In this document: positions 22,254-32,462 of the stretch, piece after piece | Layout: every line of letters starts with the position of its first letter | Numbering within the stretch: position 1 is the stretch's first letter | Assembly: GCA_031409655.1 (NCBI GenBank) | Contig: JANNXQ010000012.1 | Coordinates: forward strand, 32,001-96,000 | DNA: 64,000 nucleotides | Source: Chthoniobacteraceae bacterium | GTDB taxonomy: Bacteria > Verrucomicrobiota > Verrucomicrobiia > Chthoniobacterales > Chthoniobacteraceae | Reading direction: 5' to 3' | Program-made: the position numbers and the translations under genes | The notes under the pieces: model-generated | What the model was told of the DNA's origin: nothing | The model's database searches: none | Seen by the model: the letters and a program-made list of their open reading frames with translations, nothing else

Positions 22254-23513
22254 CTAGGCCTTCACCCGTTCGATGTGCGCGCCGAGGCCGTTGAGTTTTT
22301 CGTCAATGGACTCGTAACCGCGGTCGATGTGATAGACGCGGTTCACTTCGGTGACGCCTTCCGCTTGCAAGCCGGCGAGCACCAAGGCCGCAGACGCGCG
22401 AAGGTCGCTGGCCATCACGGGCGCGCCGCTCATGCGCTCGACGCCTTTGATGATCGCAGTCGGGCCGTTCAGCGAAATATCGGCGCCCATGCGCTTGAGT
22501 TCCGAGACGTGCATGTAGCGCTGCGGGAAGATCGTCTCCGTGATGACGCTGATGCCGCCGGTCTTTGAAAGGAGCGCACACATTTGCGCCTGCATGTCGG
22601 TGGGGAAGCCGGGATAGGGCTCGGTCGTAAGTTCGAGCGATTTGGTGGCGCCATTGCCGCTGATCGTCACGCTGTCACCGTCGATGGAAATGACATAACC
22701 CGACCGCCTCAGCGCATCGATGACCGAGGTCAGGTGGCTCGCGTCCACGCGGCGCAGCTTCACGTCCTGCCCGGCGATCGCGCCGGCGGCGAGGAAAGTG
22801 CCGGCTTCGATGCGATCGGGGATGACTTCGTGCTCGGCCCCGTGCAACTCCTTGACGCCTTCGATGAGGATGCGTCGCGTGCCCGCGCCTTCGATCTTGG
22901 CCCCCATCTTGTTCAGGAAATTAGCAAGGTCCACGACCTCCGGTTCGGCGGCCGCGCTCTCGATCACCGTCAAGCCATCCGCGAGCACTGCGGCCATCAT
23001 CACGTTATCCGTGCCGAGGACGGTGGGCCCTTGTTTTCCGCGCAGATTGATCACGCCGCCTTTGAGTTCACCGGCGAAGACTTTCACATTCCCGGCGTCG
23101 ATCCGGTGCGCGGCGCCGAGCGCCTCGAAGCCTTTCAAATGCAAATCGATTGGACGATCGCCGATGATGCAGCCACCCGGAAGCGAGACCGTCGCTTCTT
23201 TTTCCCGGCCGAGCAGCGGACCGAGCACGCAGACGGACGCCCGCATTTTCCGGACGATTTCGTAAGGCGCTTCTGTGATGATTTTCTCCGCCTGCACGGT
23301 GACGGTGCCGCTGGCCCGCTCCACCTGCGCGCCGAGATGCGAGAGGATCTGCAGCATATAGTGGATGTCGCTGAGGTCCGGCACGTGATGGACGACGCAT
23401 TGCTCTTTGGTGAGCAGCGTGGCGGCGAGGATCGGCAGCGCGGAGTTTTTTGAGCCGCTGATGCGGACGCTGCCGCTGAGTTTTTTGCCGCCGTGAACGA
23501 GAATCTTATCCAT
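22254..23513 (-). CDS. murA: UDP-N-acetylglucosamine 1-carboxyvinyltransferase
   Basis: [48 protein letters not shown]. Confidence 0.97.
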   Translation of the reverse strand: MDKILVHGGKKLSGSVRISGSKNSALPILAATLLTKEQCVVHHVPDLSDIHYMLQILSHLGAQVERASGTVTVQAEKIITEAPYEIVRKMRASVCVLGPLLGREKEATVSLPGGCIIGDRPIDLHLKGFEALGAAHRIDAGNVKVFAGELKGGVINLRGKQGPTVLGTDNVMMAAVLADGLTVIESAAAEPEVVDLANFLNKMGAKIEGAGTRRILIEGVKELHGAEHEVIPDRIEAGTFLAAGAIAGQDVKLRRVDASHLTSVIDALRRSGYVISIDGDSVTISGNGATKSLELTTEPYPGFPTDMQAQMCALLSKTGGISVITETIFPQRYMHVSELKRMGADISLNGPTAIIKGVERMSGAPVMASDLRASAALVLAGLQAEGVTEVNRVYHIDRGYESIDEKLNGLGAHIERVKA

Positions 23514-24333
23514 AGGTTGCGAAGAGGAATCGGTGGCGACCTTGGTAGTCGCTCACAGTGCGGATGTCTTGGAAATTGTGGGCCGCGAGTTCGGCGGTGA
23601 GCGGCGCGGATTGATCGTGGCCGATTTCCAGAGCGAGCCGGCCGCGCAAATGTTTCGGGGCTTCGGCGATGAGTCGGCGGAGAAGTTCGAGGCCGTCAGT
23701 GCCGCCGTCGAGTGCGCTGAGCGGATCGTGCTGAACTTCACGGGCGAGCGTCGGGATGATCGCGGAGTCGATGTAGGGCAGATTTGCGACGATGAGATCG
23801 TACTCCCCCTCGACTCCCGCGAGAAGGTCGCTACGGAAAAAGCGCACGCGATTGGCGAAACCGAGGCGTTCCGCATTTTCCGCAGCCAGGGCTAGCGCGT
23901 CTTCCGAGAGATCGACTGCTTCCACCTGCGTCTCTGGCCACGGCGCGGCGAGGGTGAGCGCGATGACGCCGCTCCCTGTGCCGACGTCGAGGAGGCGGCG
24001 CGGATGGCTATCGGCGAGGACGAGTTCGCAAAGCTGCTCCGTCTCGGGCCGGGGGATGAGAGCGCGTCGATCGCAGGCAAAGGTGCGTCCGCAAAACTCC
24101 ACGGTCCCGAGCAAATGCTGCAAAGGCTCACCCGCCGCGCGCCTTTTCACCAAGCCGCGCAAAGGCTCCAGCGCAGTCTCCTCGAGCGCGCGATCGAATT
24201 GCAGGTAAAGCTCCATCCGCTTCTGACCGAGTACGTGGGCGAGCAGGTGCTCGATATTCAGCCGGGCATTTTCGACCCCGCTTTTTTGAAAGTAAGCGGT
24301 GGTGGCCTGGATGACCTCGAGGACGGTTTTCAT
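23506..24333 (-). CDS. prmC: Release factor glutamine methyltransferase
   Basis: [35 protein letters not shown]. Confidence 0.93.
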   Translation of the reverse strand: MKTVLEVIQATTAYFQKSGVENARLNIEHLLAHVLGQKRMELYLQFDRALEETALEPLRGLVKRRAAGEPLQHLLGTVEFCGRTFACDRRALIPRPETEQLCELVLADSHPRRLLDVGTGSGVIALTLAAPWPETQVEAVDLSEDALALAAENAERLGFANRVRFFRSDLLAGVEGEYDLIVANLPYIDSAIIPTLAREVQHDPLSALDGGTDGLELLRRLIAEAPKHLRGRLALEIGHDQSAPLTAELAAHNFQDIRTVSDYQGRHRFLFATYG

Positions 24334-24422
24334 GGAGCGCGCTGTTTTAGCGGCGAGTGCCAGTGGGAGCAAACGATACGGACGGAGGTGGGCCGAAAAG
24401 CGAGATATGGAAATTATAGATC

Positions 24423-24438
24423 AGGCACGCCTCTTGCA
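24423..24438 (+). promoter_or_regulatory. Sigma54 -24/-12 promoter
   Basis: AGGCACGCCTCTTGCA: GG(24424-25)-N10-GC(24436-37), 14 nt before ATG 24452. Confidence 0.7.
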
Positions 24439-24451
24439 TCAAGAAGGGTGC

Positions 24452-24781
24452 ATGAGCGCCTTTCCACAAAGCGCCTTGCAGTCCGGCCGATCTCCCATCG
24501 ACCCGCCTGCAAAGCCGCCGCGCGAAATTTTACCCGACCACAGCGGGCGCCGGGGCGCGGTGGTGCGCACGGATGCGGAGGCCGAGTATGCCGCGGTCTT
24601 CGGCGCTTTCGGTATCGTGCAGCAAGCGAAGGAAGGCTTCATCGCCGCGCGCTTCAGCCCGAATCAGCCGTTGCGGATGAAGCGCCTGAGCAATGCCCGG
24701 CGGGAACTGCCGATGCCTTACGCGGAGGTGGCGTGCGTTTTCTACTCCGCCACTCATTTCGAGAATTCGCTCGCGGCCTGA
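24452..24781 (+). CDS. Hypothetical protein (109 aa)
   Basis: Fills the gap between prmC and the hybrid kinase; sigma54 motif directly upstream, hairpin downstream. Confidence 0.6.
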   Translation: MSAFPQSALQSGRSPIDPPAKPPREILPDHSGRRGAVVRTDAEAEYAAVFGAFGIVQQAKEGFIAARFSPNQPLRMKRLSNARRELPMPYAEVACVFYSATHFENSLAA

Positions 24782-24799
24782 GTGGGTCGCCGATGTTTG

Positions 24800-24827
24800 G
24801 ATTGCGGCGCACTTTCACGCCGCAATC
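24800..24827. terminator. GC-rich hairpin between convergent genes
   Basis: GATTGCGGCG-cactttca-CGCCGCAATC, perfect 10-bp stem, no clear U tract. Confidence 0.5.
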
Positions 24828-24850
24828 TGCCGCCACCGCCGCTCGCGAGA

Positions 24851-27800
24851 TTAGCTCTGGAGCACGGACTTTGGCTGGCGCGGCAGCGCGAGGACTTCCG
24901 TGACCTTCCGGCACATGGCGTCGATCGGGTAGGGCTTCGCCAGCATGCCGGTGAAGCCGAAGTCCTGGTAGCGGCTGATCACGGGATCATTGGCATAGCC
25001 GCTCGAGACGATCGCGCGCACTTCCGGGTCGATTTCGCAGAGGCGCTTGATGGTCTCCTGGCCACCCATGCCGCCCGGGATGGTGAGATCCGAGATGACG
25101 AGGTCGAAGGTCTTCCCTTCTTTCATCGCGGCGTCGTAAGCGGCAACGGTGTCCTTGCCATCGCGGGTGATCGTCACCTGGTGTCCAAGATCCTCGAGCG
25201 CGTATTGGATGACCATGCAGATCGCCTCCTCGTCATCGAGGATGAGCACGCGAGCTGGCGTCTCCGCGACTGGCGGTGGCGGGAGTGGAGCGCTGGGCAG
25301 TTCCCTTTCCGACGCCGGCAGGTAGGTCGTGAATGCGGAGCCCATGCCGGGTTCGGACTCGAGCACGATCGAGCTGCCGTGATTGCGGATGATGCGGTGC
25401 GCCGTGGCGAGGCCGAGTCCAGCGCCCTTCGGTTTTGTGGTGAAATAGGGATCGAAAATTTTCTGCTGGTACTCCTCCGGAATGCCGATGCCTTCATCGC
25501 GGATGGAGACGCGCACCCAGCGTCCGGCGCGCAGCATGAGGTCCGGTTCGTCGTCCCCCAGTTCGAGATTTTCGGCCACGACGCGGATCGTGCCTCCGGC
25601 GGGCATAGCCTGATCGGCATTGAGGACGAGGTGATGGATGACCTGGCTCAACTGTCCAGGATCGGCATCCACTGGCCAGAGATTGTCGGGAAAGGTGGAT
25701 TCGCACCAGGCCTTGGATCCCTGAAGCGTGCAGGCCACGGTGTCGCGGATGAGCTGGGCGATCGAAATGGTCTGGAGCACCGGTGCGCCGCCTTTGGCAA
25801 AGGGCAGGAGTTGTTGCGCGAGTTCCTGGGCCCGCGCCGTGGCTTTCCCTGCTTCCTCCAGTTGCAGCCGGCTGCGTTCGCTGAGGCCTGGCGACTTGAG
25901 GACGAGCGAGACATTCCCCACAATCATGGTGAGGATGTTATTAAAATCGTGCGCGATCCCGCCGGCGAGGAGGCCGAGCGACTCGAGCTTCTCGGCTTTT
26001 TGCTGCTCCTCGGCGGCCCGCATTTTTTCGGTGACGTCGCGGAAGACGATCACGACGCCCTCTTTCCGGTTCGACTTGTTGCGGATGGGGGAAGTCGAGC
26101 ACTCCACGAGGCGTTCGTCCCCGGCGCTCGAGACGAGGATCGCCGGGTAGTTGATGTCTTCCGAAGTGCCGGTCTCGACGATCCGCGCGAGCGCGTGCTG
26201 GCAGCGTTTGCGCGTCCTTTCATGGAGCAGGTGGAAGATCTCGTAGAGCGGCTTCCCGATGGCGCGGGTTTGTGACAGACCGATGAGCTGTTCGGCCACG
26301 GCATTCAGCATGAGCACGTTGCCCTCGTTGTTCGTCGTGATGAATCCTTCACCAATCGAGCGCAGGGTCACCGCGAGTCGTTCCTTCTCCGCGGCGAGAT
26401 CTTCCTCAATGCGCTTGCGCACAATCTCCGCACCGGCCCGCGCGCCGATGATTTGGAGCGCCGATTCGATGACCTGCGTTTCCCCGAGCGGCTTGCGATC
26501 AATGACGCCGATGAGGCCGATCGTGCGCTGATTTTGATCCACAAGCGGCATGCCGACGAAGCTTTCGGCACCGAGGGTCTCGAGGATGGCATCCTCCGGA
26601 AACTTTGCGCGGACGCTGCTGGGGTAAATGCGGAAGCCTTTGTTGAGGGATTCGCCGCACGCGGTGTTGGCGAGATTCTCCTGCGAGGTCCGCTGGATCA
26701 CGCCCTTGGTGGCCAGGGTGAGATTGGTGGTCGCCTCCTCGCCCCGCCCAGTCATCTCGACGAGGAAGGCGAACTCTTGATCGAGTGCTTTCGAGAGCTC
26801 TTTGAGCAGCGAGCGCACGAACTCTTCGCCCGTCGCGGAGGACACGCCGAGGCCGATGTGTTTCAGCGTGTCTTCCGAACGGCTGCGCTCGGTGACGTCG
26901 CGGATGATCGCGACGAATTGCTTGCGCGTGCCGACGAGCATTTCGCTCAGGGAAATCTCGATCGGGAAGGGGTAGTAACCTTGCCGCTGCCCGATCGCCA
27001 TCATCGCGCCGCGGCTCAGGCCATTCATGTCGTGGAGGAGATGCCGCTGCGGGATCAGCGTCGAAATGTTTTGTCCGACCATGGCCTTCTCCTCTTGGAC
27101 GAAGATTTTCTCCGCAGCCGGATTCATCGAGAGGATCAGGCCGTGATCGTCCAGGGTGACGACCCCGTCGAGCGTGGTGAAAATGATGGCCCGCGTCTGC
27201 GCGTGGACCGCGTCGGATTTTTCGCGGTATTCGCGGAAGGATTTCCGACCCGTGACGGTGGCGGCAATGATGAAACCAATCGCCAGGACGGCGACGAGGG
27301 TGGCTCCGAGGGTCTGGATGGTTCGGGCGAGTTTCGTCGTCTGGCGGGCGGCTTCACTCGCGCCTTCATACTCTGCGAGAAGTTGTCCCGTGGAGGCGCG
27401 CAGACCGTCGAGGATCGGTTTGCCGGTATTTCGGGCAACGAGACTGGTCACTTCCTGGCTCCGTTTGCGGGCCTCAATCTCCGGGAGCGCTGCGGTGCTC
27501 AACCAGCGCTCCACCTCGCGCTCAAATCCGCGCACGGTGTCGTGGTGACCGTTCTTTTCGCGGAGCTGTGGGAGGAGTCGCAGGGTCGTCGCTTTGAGCG
27601 CCGCGGCAGCGTTGTGGAATGCTTCGAGTTGACCGCTTTGCCCGCCGAGAAGGTAGGCGTGCTGCGCTGCCTCCACCTTCGCCAGTGCGACCTCGAACTC
27701 CGCAAGATTGCGCATTGAGACGAGGGTGTCATTGCGGCGGCTTTCACTGGTCCGTTCGAGTTTGGCCACGAAAAGAGCGATCGCCGCGAGCACGACGATG

Positions 27801-27919
27801 ACGGTCGTGCCGATCAGCGCGACATTGATCAGCCGACCCTCCGGTCCACCATTCGTTCTCGAGAACCTGCGCAATTTACGCAGCGTCGGAATACGGTCGG
27901 CGGCTTCTGATTTCGGCAT
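24851..27919 (-). CDS. Hybrid sensor histidine kinase (CHASE3-like, PAS, GAF, PAS, HisKA, HATPase, REC)
   Basis: Two TM segments; LAGGIAHDFNNIL, IFDPYFTTKPKGAGLGL, C-terminal ILDDEE...SDLTIPGG...KP. Confidence 0.92.
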   Translation of the reverse strand: MPKSEAADRIPTLRKLRRFSRTNGGPEGRLINVALIGTTVIVVLAAIALFVAKLERTSESRRNDTLVSMRNLAEFEVALAKVEAAQHAYLLGGQSGQLEAFHNAAAALKATTLRLLPQLREKNGHHDTVRGFEREVERWLSTAALPEIEARKRSQEVTSLVARNTGKPILDGLRASTGQLLAEYEGASEAARQTTKLARTIQTLGATLVAVLAIGFIIAATVTGRKSFREYREKSDAVHAQTRAIIFTTLDGVVTLDDHGLILSMNPAAEKIFVQEEKAMVGQNISTLIPQRHLLHDMNGLSRGAMMAIGQRQGYYPFPIEISLSEMLVGTRKQFVAIIRDVTERSRSEDTLKHIGLGVSSATGEEFVRSLLKELSKALDQEFAFLVEMTGRGEEATTNLTLATKGVIQRTSQENLANTACGESLNKGFRIYPSSVRAKFPEDAILETLGAESFVGMPLVDQNQRTIGLIGVIDRKPLGETQVIESALQIIGARAGAEIVRKRIEEDLAAEKERLAVTLRSIGEGFITTNNEGNVLMLNAVAEQLIGLSQTRAIGKPLYEIFHLLHERTRKRCQHALARIVETGTSEDINYPAILVSSAGDERLVECSTSPIRNKSNRKEGVVIVFRDVTEKMRAAEEQQKAEKLESLGLLAGGIAHDFNNILTMIVGNVSLVLKSPGLSERSRLQLEEAGKATARAQELAQQLLPFAKGGAPVLQTISIAQLIRDTVACTLQGSKAWCESTFPDNLWPVDADPGQLSQVIHHLVLNADQAMPAGGTIRVVAENLELGDDEPDLMLRAGRWVRVSIRDEGIGIPEEYQQKIFDPYFTTKPKGAGLGLATAHRIIRNHGSSIVLESEPGMGSAFTTYLPASERELPSAPLPPPPVAETPARVLILDDEEAICMVIQYALEDLGHQVTITRDGKDTVAAYDAAMKEGKTFDLVISDLTIPGGMGGQETIKRLCEIDPEVRAIVSSGYANDPVISRYQDFGFTGMLAKPYPIDAMCRKVTEVLALPRQPKSVLQS

Positions 27920-27933
27920 TTGACCGATCCTCA

Positions 27934-27949
27934 AGCCGAATCCGTGCCT
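27934..27949 (-). promoter_or_regulatory. Sigma54-like -24/-12 promoter (weaker -12)
   Basis: Minus strand AGGCACGGATTCGGCT: GG-N10-GC, 15 nt before ATG 27919. Confidence 0.5.
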
Positions 27950-27973
27950 TGGCGGGCGGAAGCCGCTCGCGGG

Positions 27974-28504
27974 TCAGTAGGTCAAGAGTGCGCGGATGGG
28001 CGCATTTCCGAGCGCTTTCCGCCCTCCGAGAAACGCCAGTTCGATGAGGAACATGACCTCGACTAGATTGCCGCCCGCCCGCTGGATCAGCGCCAGCGCC
28101 GCTGCGGCCGTGCCGCCCGTGGCCAGCAGATCGTCGATCAGCACCACGCGCTCGCCCGGCGCGATCGCATCAGTATGCATCTCTACGGTCGCCTCCCCAT
28201 ACTCCAGCCGGTACGCCGCCGACTCGCAGTGGTAAGGCAGCTTGCCTTTCTTGCGCACCGGGACAAAGCCGACGCCCAGTTCATGCGCGACCGCCGCTCC
28301 GAAGATGAATCCCCGCGCGTCGATGGCGACGACTTTACCCACCGCCAGTTTGCGACAAGCGGCCACAAAGTGCGCGACGGCGATCCGAAACAACGCGGGA
28401 TCGGCAAGCACGGGAGTGATGTCTTTGAAGAGGATTCCCGGTTTGGGGAAGTCGGGCACATCACGGATGGCCGCGCGCAAGCGATCGAGATCGTCATTTT
28501 GCAT
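27974..28504 (-). CDS. apt: Adenine phosphoribosyltransferase
   Basis: IRDVPDFPKPGILFKDIT, DARGFIFG, RKKGKLP, LEYG, IDDLLATGGT. Confidence 0.97.
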   Translation of the reverse strand: MQNDDLDRLRAAIRDVPDFPKPGILFKDITPVLADPALFRIAVAHFVAACRKLAVGKVVAIDARGFIFGAAVAHELGVGFVPVRKKGKLPYHCESAAYRLEYGEATVEMHTDAIAPGERVVLIDDLLATGGTAAAALALIQRAGGNLVEVMFLIELAFLGGRKALGNAPIRALLTY

Positions 28505-28601
28505 ACCGGCGGTTTTCGCAGAGGGGTGGGGGAGATGGCAAGATGCGCAGTGCCCAGCGCCAAAAGATTCGCCCGACGCCCTTCCACTGCCTGCCGCGCC
28601 G

Positions 28602-29255
28602 CTAGGCCGGCTGGGTGTGGAAGTAGTAGTCGAGAATGCGCGCCGGGTCCGCAGGCTGCGCATGGTGGTGCGCCACCGCATCCGCCGTGGGACCGAGGAG
28701 CTCGGCTGGGAGGCCGAGATCGTCATTCCCGTGGAGGAAGAGCGCCTTCAGGGAGTGCAGCTTCCGCAGTGAGTCGGGCAGGGTGCAGAGGAAATTCTCA
28801 GTGAGATCCAGCGTCTCAAGGCTGGTGAGTTCCCCCATCGATTCCGGAAGGTCGGTCATTTCATTGCAGGCCACATCGAGATGCCTGAGACGCGTGAGCG
28901 CGCCGATGATCTGCGGCAGACTCGTCAGGAGATTGCAGGAAACATCGAAGGCTTCGAGCGCCGCGAGCCGGCCCAGCGAAGTCGGCAGCCAGGTGATGCG
29001 ATTCCCGGAGGCTTCGATGGAGCGCAGGTTCGCGAGCCGCCCGAGCGCCGGCGGCAGGGTCGAGAGGTTGCTGCCGTGGTGCTCGATCTGGATACTTTCC
29101 AAGTCCAAGTGCTCCAGAGACACCAAGTCCCCGATGGATTCAGGGATTTCGTGGATATTAAGATCCCCGAGGATCAGCGTTTTCGCACCCAGCTTCAGCA
29201 CCCGAGAGATGCGATCTTCGGCAGAGTAGGCGGCGATTTGCACAGGTTTTTCCAT
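28602..29255 (-). CDS. Leucine-rich repeat protein
   Basis: About six LPxxLGxLxxLxxLxxxxNxLxx repeats; ends LFLHGN.LGLPAELLG...ILDYYF. Confidence 0.85.
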   Translation of the reverse strand: MEKPVQIAAYSAEDRISRVLKLGAKTLILGDLNIHEIPESIGDLVSLEHLDLESIQIEHHGSNLSTLPPALGRLANLRSIEASGNRITWLPTSLGRLAALEAFDVSCNLLTSLPQIIGALTRLRHLDVACNEMTDLPESMGELTSLETLDLTENFLCTLPDSLRKLHSLKALFLHGNDDLGLPAELLGPTADAVAHHHAQPADPARILDYYFHTQPA

Positions 29256-29410
29256 TTTGGAGCCTCGGTTTCTGACCGTATTTACCTATTGAAATGCCGC
29301 TCCTTAGGCAAGGCCGAAGATATTTTTTGCGACGCCTGGCGCCCCGGGTTTTGGAATTGTCTGCGCCGCTGCATTGCGCTTCGTGCGAACCTCGCTATTT
29401 CATCCCCAAC

Positions 29411-30829
29411 GTGTTTGTCCTGCTTCGCCCTGCGTTTTGTGCCTTCCTGTGCTTGTTGTCGGGAGCTTTTGCCGCCGATTCAGGCGCTCTCAGTTTGCTG
29501 CGGCAGCTCGACGAGAGTTTCGTCCAAGTCTTCGAAAAGGTGGCGCCTTCGGTGGTGGTGATCGAAGCGGAGAAAAAGCCGGCGGAGGAGGAAGGCGATG
29601 AGGAGAAGGGCTTCGAGTTTTTCCTCCAGGGGGAAAAGGACGCGCGACGCGATGGCGCAGATCGCCAGTGGACGCTGCCGAATCGCAGCGAGGGCTCGGG
29701 TTTCATCATCCGCCCGGATGGGCTCATCCTCACGAATCACCATGTCGTCGCGGGCGCGAAGAGCATCAAGGTGCGGCTCAAGGACGGGCGGACTTTCCCT
29801 GCCAAGCCCTTTGCCGAGGACGAGAAAACCGATGTCGCCATCATCCGCATCGAAGCAAAAGGTCTCGTCGCCGCGGAGATCGGCGACAGCGATCGCGTGC
29901 GGGTCGGGCAGCTCGTCTGCGCGATCGGTGCGCCCTTCAGCCAAGCCTTCAGCTTCAGCGTCGGCTGGGTCAGCGGAAAAGGTCGCACGAACCTGCTCAG
30001 CCCGACCTCCAACACCATTTTGTACGAGGACTATTTGCAGACCGATACTTTCATCAATCCCGGGAACAGCGGCGGCCCGCTCTTTGATGTCGATGGCCGC
30101 GTCATCGGCATGAACACCCTGATCAATGGTATCGGGCGCGGCCTGGCCTTTGCCATCCCTTCAAACATGTTTCAGGAAGTCGTGAATGAATTGATCACCC
30201 ACGGAAAGGTCCATCGCGCGTGGCTCGGGGTGCGGATCGAGACCCTGAGTGAACACCCCGCGCTGCGCGGGCGGCTGGTCGGAATCGAACAAGGAGTCGT
30301 GGTCGAGACCATCGAGCCGAATTCGCCGGCCTTTATTAGTAACCTCCGCCCGGACGATGTGATCACCGAGGTGGACGGGGTGAAAGTGGTGGCGAAGCGC
30401 GAGCTGCAGAAGGAAATCTTGAAGAAGAAAGTCGGAGCCACCGTGCAGCTCACCGTCTGGCGGGCGGGCGGCAGTTTGCAAATCCCCGTGACCACCGGCG
30501 AACTGCCCAGCGATCCGGTTGTCGCGATAAAGGCGCGCCCCAAAAAATCTGGGAGCGACGCGAAATCCGAGAGCCTCGGCCTGAGACTCCGCGACGCCAA
30601 GCCCGACGGGGCGCTGGTGGAGAGCGTCACTCCTGGAAGCCCCGCGGATCGGGCGCTGATGCAGGGCGAAGATGTGATCAAAGAAGTGGAAGGTCGCGCC
30701 GTCCGGGACGCGGCCGCAGCGGCGGGAGCCATCGGCGATCGAGTCCGTACTGCGGGGGACAAGACCGTCTCGCTGTCCATCGAACGGAAGGGGAAACGGA
30801 TCCTCGTCGCGATCACGCCGGACGTTTAG
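29411..30829 (+). CDS. HtrA/DegP-family serine protease with two PDZ domains
   Basis: GSGFII, TNHHVV, TDVA, INPGNSGGPL; signal peptide; GTG start approximate. Confidence 0.92.
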   Translation: MFVLLRPAFCAFLCLLSGAFAADSGALSLLRQLDESFVQVFEKVAPSVVVIEAEKKPAEEEGDEEKGFEFFLQGEKDARRDGADRQWTLPNRSEGSGFIIRPDGLILTNHHVVAGAKSIKVRLKDGRTFPAKPFAEDEKTDVAIIRIEAKGLVAAEIGDSDRVRVGQLVCAIGAPFSQAFSFSVGWVSGKGRTNLLSPTSNTILYEDYLQTDTFINPGNSGGPLFDVDGRVIGMNTLINGIGRGLAFAIPSNMFQEVVNELITHGKVHRAWLGVRIETLSEHPALRGRLVGIEQGVVVETIEPNSPAFISNLRPDDVITEVDGVKVVAKRELQKEILKKKVGATVQLTVWRAGGSLQIPVTTGELPSDPVVAIKARPKKSGSDAKSESLGLRLRDAKPDGALVESVTPGSPADRALMQGEDVIKEVEGRAVRDAAAAAGAIGDRVRTAGDKTVSLSIERKGKRILVAITPDV

Positions 30830-30887
30830 TGCGGCGGCAGGGACGGGAAGCTTGGTATCTTCCCGCGGAAAGCTATTTGTCTGCTTT

Positions 30888-32357
30888 GTGCGTGAATCCA
30901 CCCCCAAGCCCGCTGGCCTCAATCTCCGGCTGAAGATCATTCTCGCGATGGCGGTCGTCGCGCTCGTCGTGGTGGCGGCGATCCTTTTCACGACCTACCG
31001 CGCCCGCCAGAAGCAACTGCTCACCGAGTTTCAGTACTTCGTGCGGAGCGCCGCGGGCACTACCGCGCTGGCCCTGCGGGGCGGAGATCTCGCTGGCATC
31101 CGCACGAATGACGATGCGCGCAAGCCAGAGTTCCTCCGCGTGCGCGCCATGCTCGAGCATTCCCGAAGGATCAATGGACTCGAGGAGCATGAAATTTACA
31201 TCCTCCGTCCCATCGACGAGGGACGGGAGACGGAGTTTGTGGTCATGCTGCAGCGCGAGCCTTTTATCGGGAATCGCTACCGCATCCGCGAAGAGAATGT
31301 CGCCCCGCTCCTCGCGGCTTGGCAGACTTTGGAACCCACGAGCACGGGCATCTACCGCGACGAGCACGGCACCTGGATCAGCGGCTACGCGCCGATCCTG
31401 GACGCGAGTGATAAGCCGGTGGCGATCATTGAAGTGGATGCCGAAATGAGCCGCTATTTCATGAAGCAGCGCGAGGAACTGCTCTTCTCCATCGCCGTCG
31501 CGGCCGGTGCCTTGCTCGTCGCCATGGTGCCGGGCTTGATCCTCGCCAGCGGGATCACCGGCGGCTTGAAGCGCCTCTCGGCTGGGATGCGCCGCTTCCA
31601 ATCCGGCGACCCTGGCGTGCGCGTCGAGGCGCGGAGCGGCGATGAGATCGGGCAGCTTGCGGGGGTTTTCAATGACATGATCATAGGCCTCGAGGAAAAG
31701 CTCGCGCTGCTCCCCTACGTCTCGCGTTTCACCGCCGAAGCCGTCCGCCGCAGCCGGGATCAGCCCGATCTGCTCACTGGCGCCGAGGCGGAAGTCTATG
31801 TGCTCTTCGCCGATCTCCGCGGGTTCACGCGCTTCAGCGAACAGCGCGCGGCGAGCGTGCTGGTGCGGGAACTCAACCAACTCCTCAGCGTGCAGGCCGA
31901 TGTGGTGATCGGCGCGGGCGGCGATGTGGATAAGTTCATCGGCGACGCGGTCATGGCCGTTTTCCTCGAGCAAGACGATGCGGCGGCCCGGGTCTTCGAA
32001 TGCGCGCAGCGACTGATTGCGCGCGTGCGCGCAGAAGTGGAGCGGAATGGCTGGCCGCTGGCCTTGGGGATCGGCATCCATCGGGGGAGCGCCGTCGTCG
32101 GCTCGATCGGCAGTGCTTCGCGGCGCGACTTTACCGCGATCGGCCACACCGTGAATCTCGCCGCACGCCTCTGCGACCACGCCGCTCCGTGGGAAATCCT
32201 CGTCACCTTGGATTTCCGCGATGCCCTGCCGCCTGCCGTCAGTGCGCAGTTCATCGTGACCGAGCCCATGGCCTTCAAGAATGTCGCGCAGCGGGTCGAG
32301 ACCTACCGCTGTTCCGGACTCCCGAAGGTTCCGGGAGCGACTTCGAGCGTCGCGTAG
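30888..32357 (+). CDS. Membrane-anchored class III adenylate cyclase with periplasmic sensor and HAMP domain
   Basis: TM-sensor-TM-HAMP (DEIGQLA..FN); LFADLRGFT, DKFIGDAVMA, DFTAIGHTVNLAARL. Confidence 0.9.
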   Translation: MRESTPKPAGLNLRLKIILAMAVVALVVVAAILFTTYRARQKQLLTEFQYFVRSAAGTTALALRGGDLAGIRTNDDARKPEFLRVRAMLEHSRRINGLEEHEIYILRPIDEGRETEFVVMLQREPFIGNRYRIREENVAPLLAAWQTLEPTSTGIYRDEHGTWISGYAPILDASDKPVAIIEVDAEMSRYFMKQREELLFSIAVAAGALLVAMVPGLILASGITGGLKRLSAGMRRFQSGDPGVRVEARSGDEIGQLAGVFNDMIIGLEEKLALLPYVSRFTAEAVRRSRDQPDLLTGAEAEVYVLFADLRGFTRFSEQRAASVLVRELNQLLSVQADVVIGAGGDVDKFIGDAVMAVFLEQDDAAARVFECAQRLIARVRAEVERNGWPLALGIGIHRGSAVVGSIGSASRRDFTAIGHTVNLAARLCDHAAPWEILVTLDFRDALPPAVSAQFIVTEPMAFKNVAQRVETYRCSGLPKVPGATSSVA

Positions 32358-32462
32358 CGCGGGCTTGCATTGGGGGAAGCCCTTCATTATGGAAATTACC
32401 GCCCGCGCTGGCGGCCTCCAGCTCAAAGCAGCTTTCGACACCTTCACTGACTCTCCCTAATC

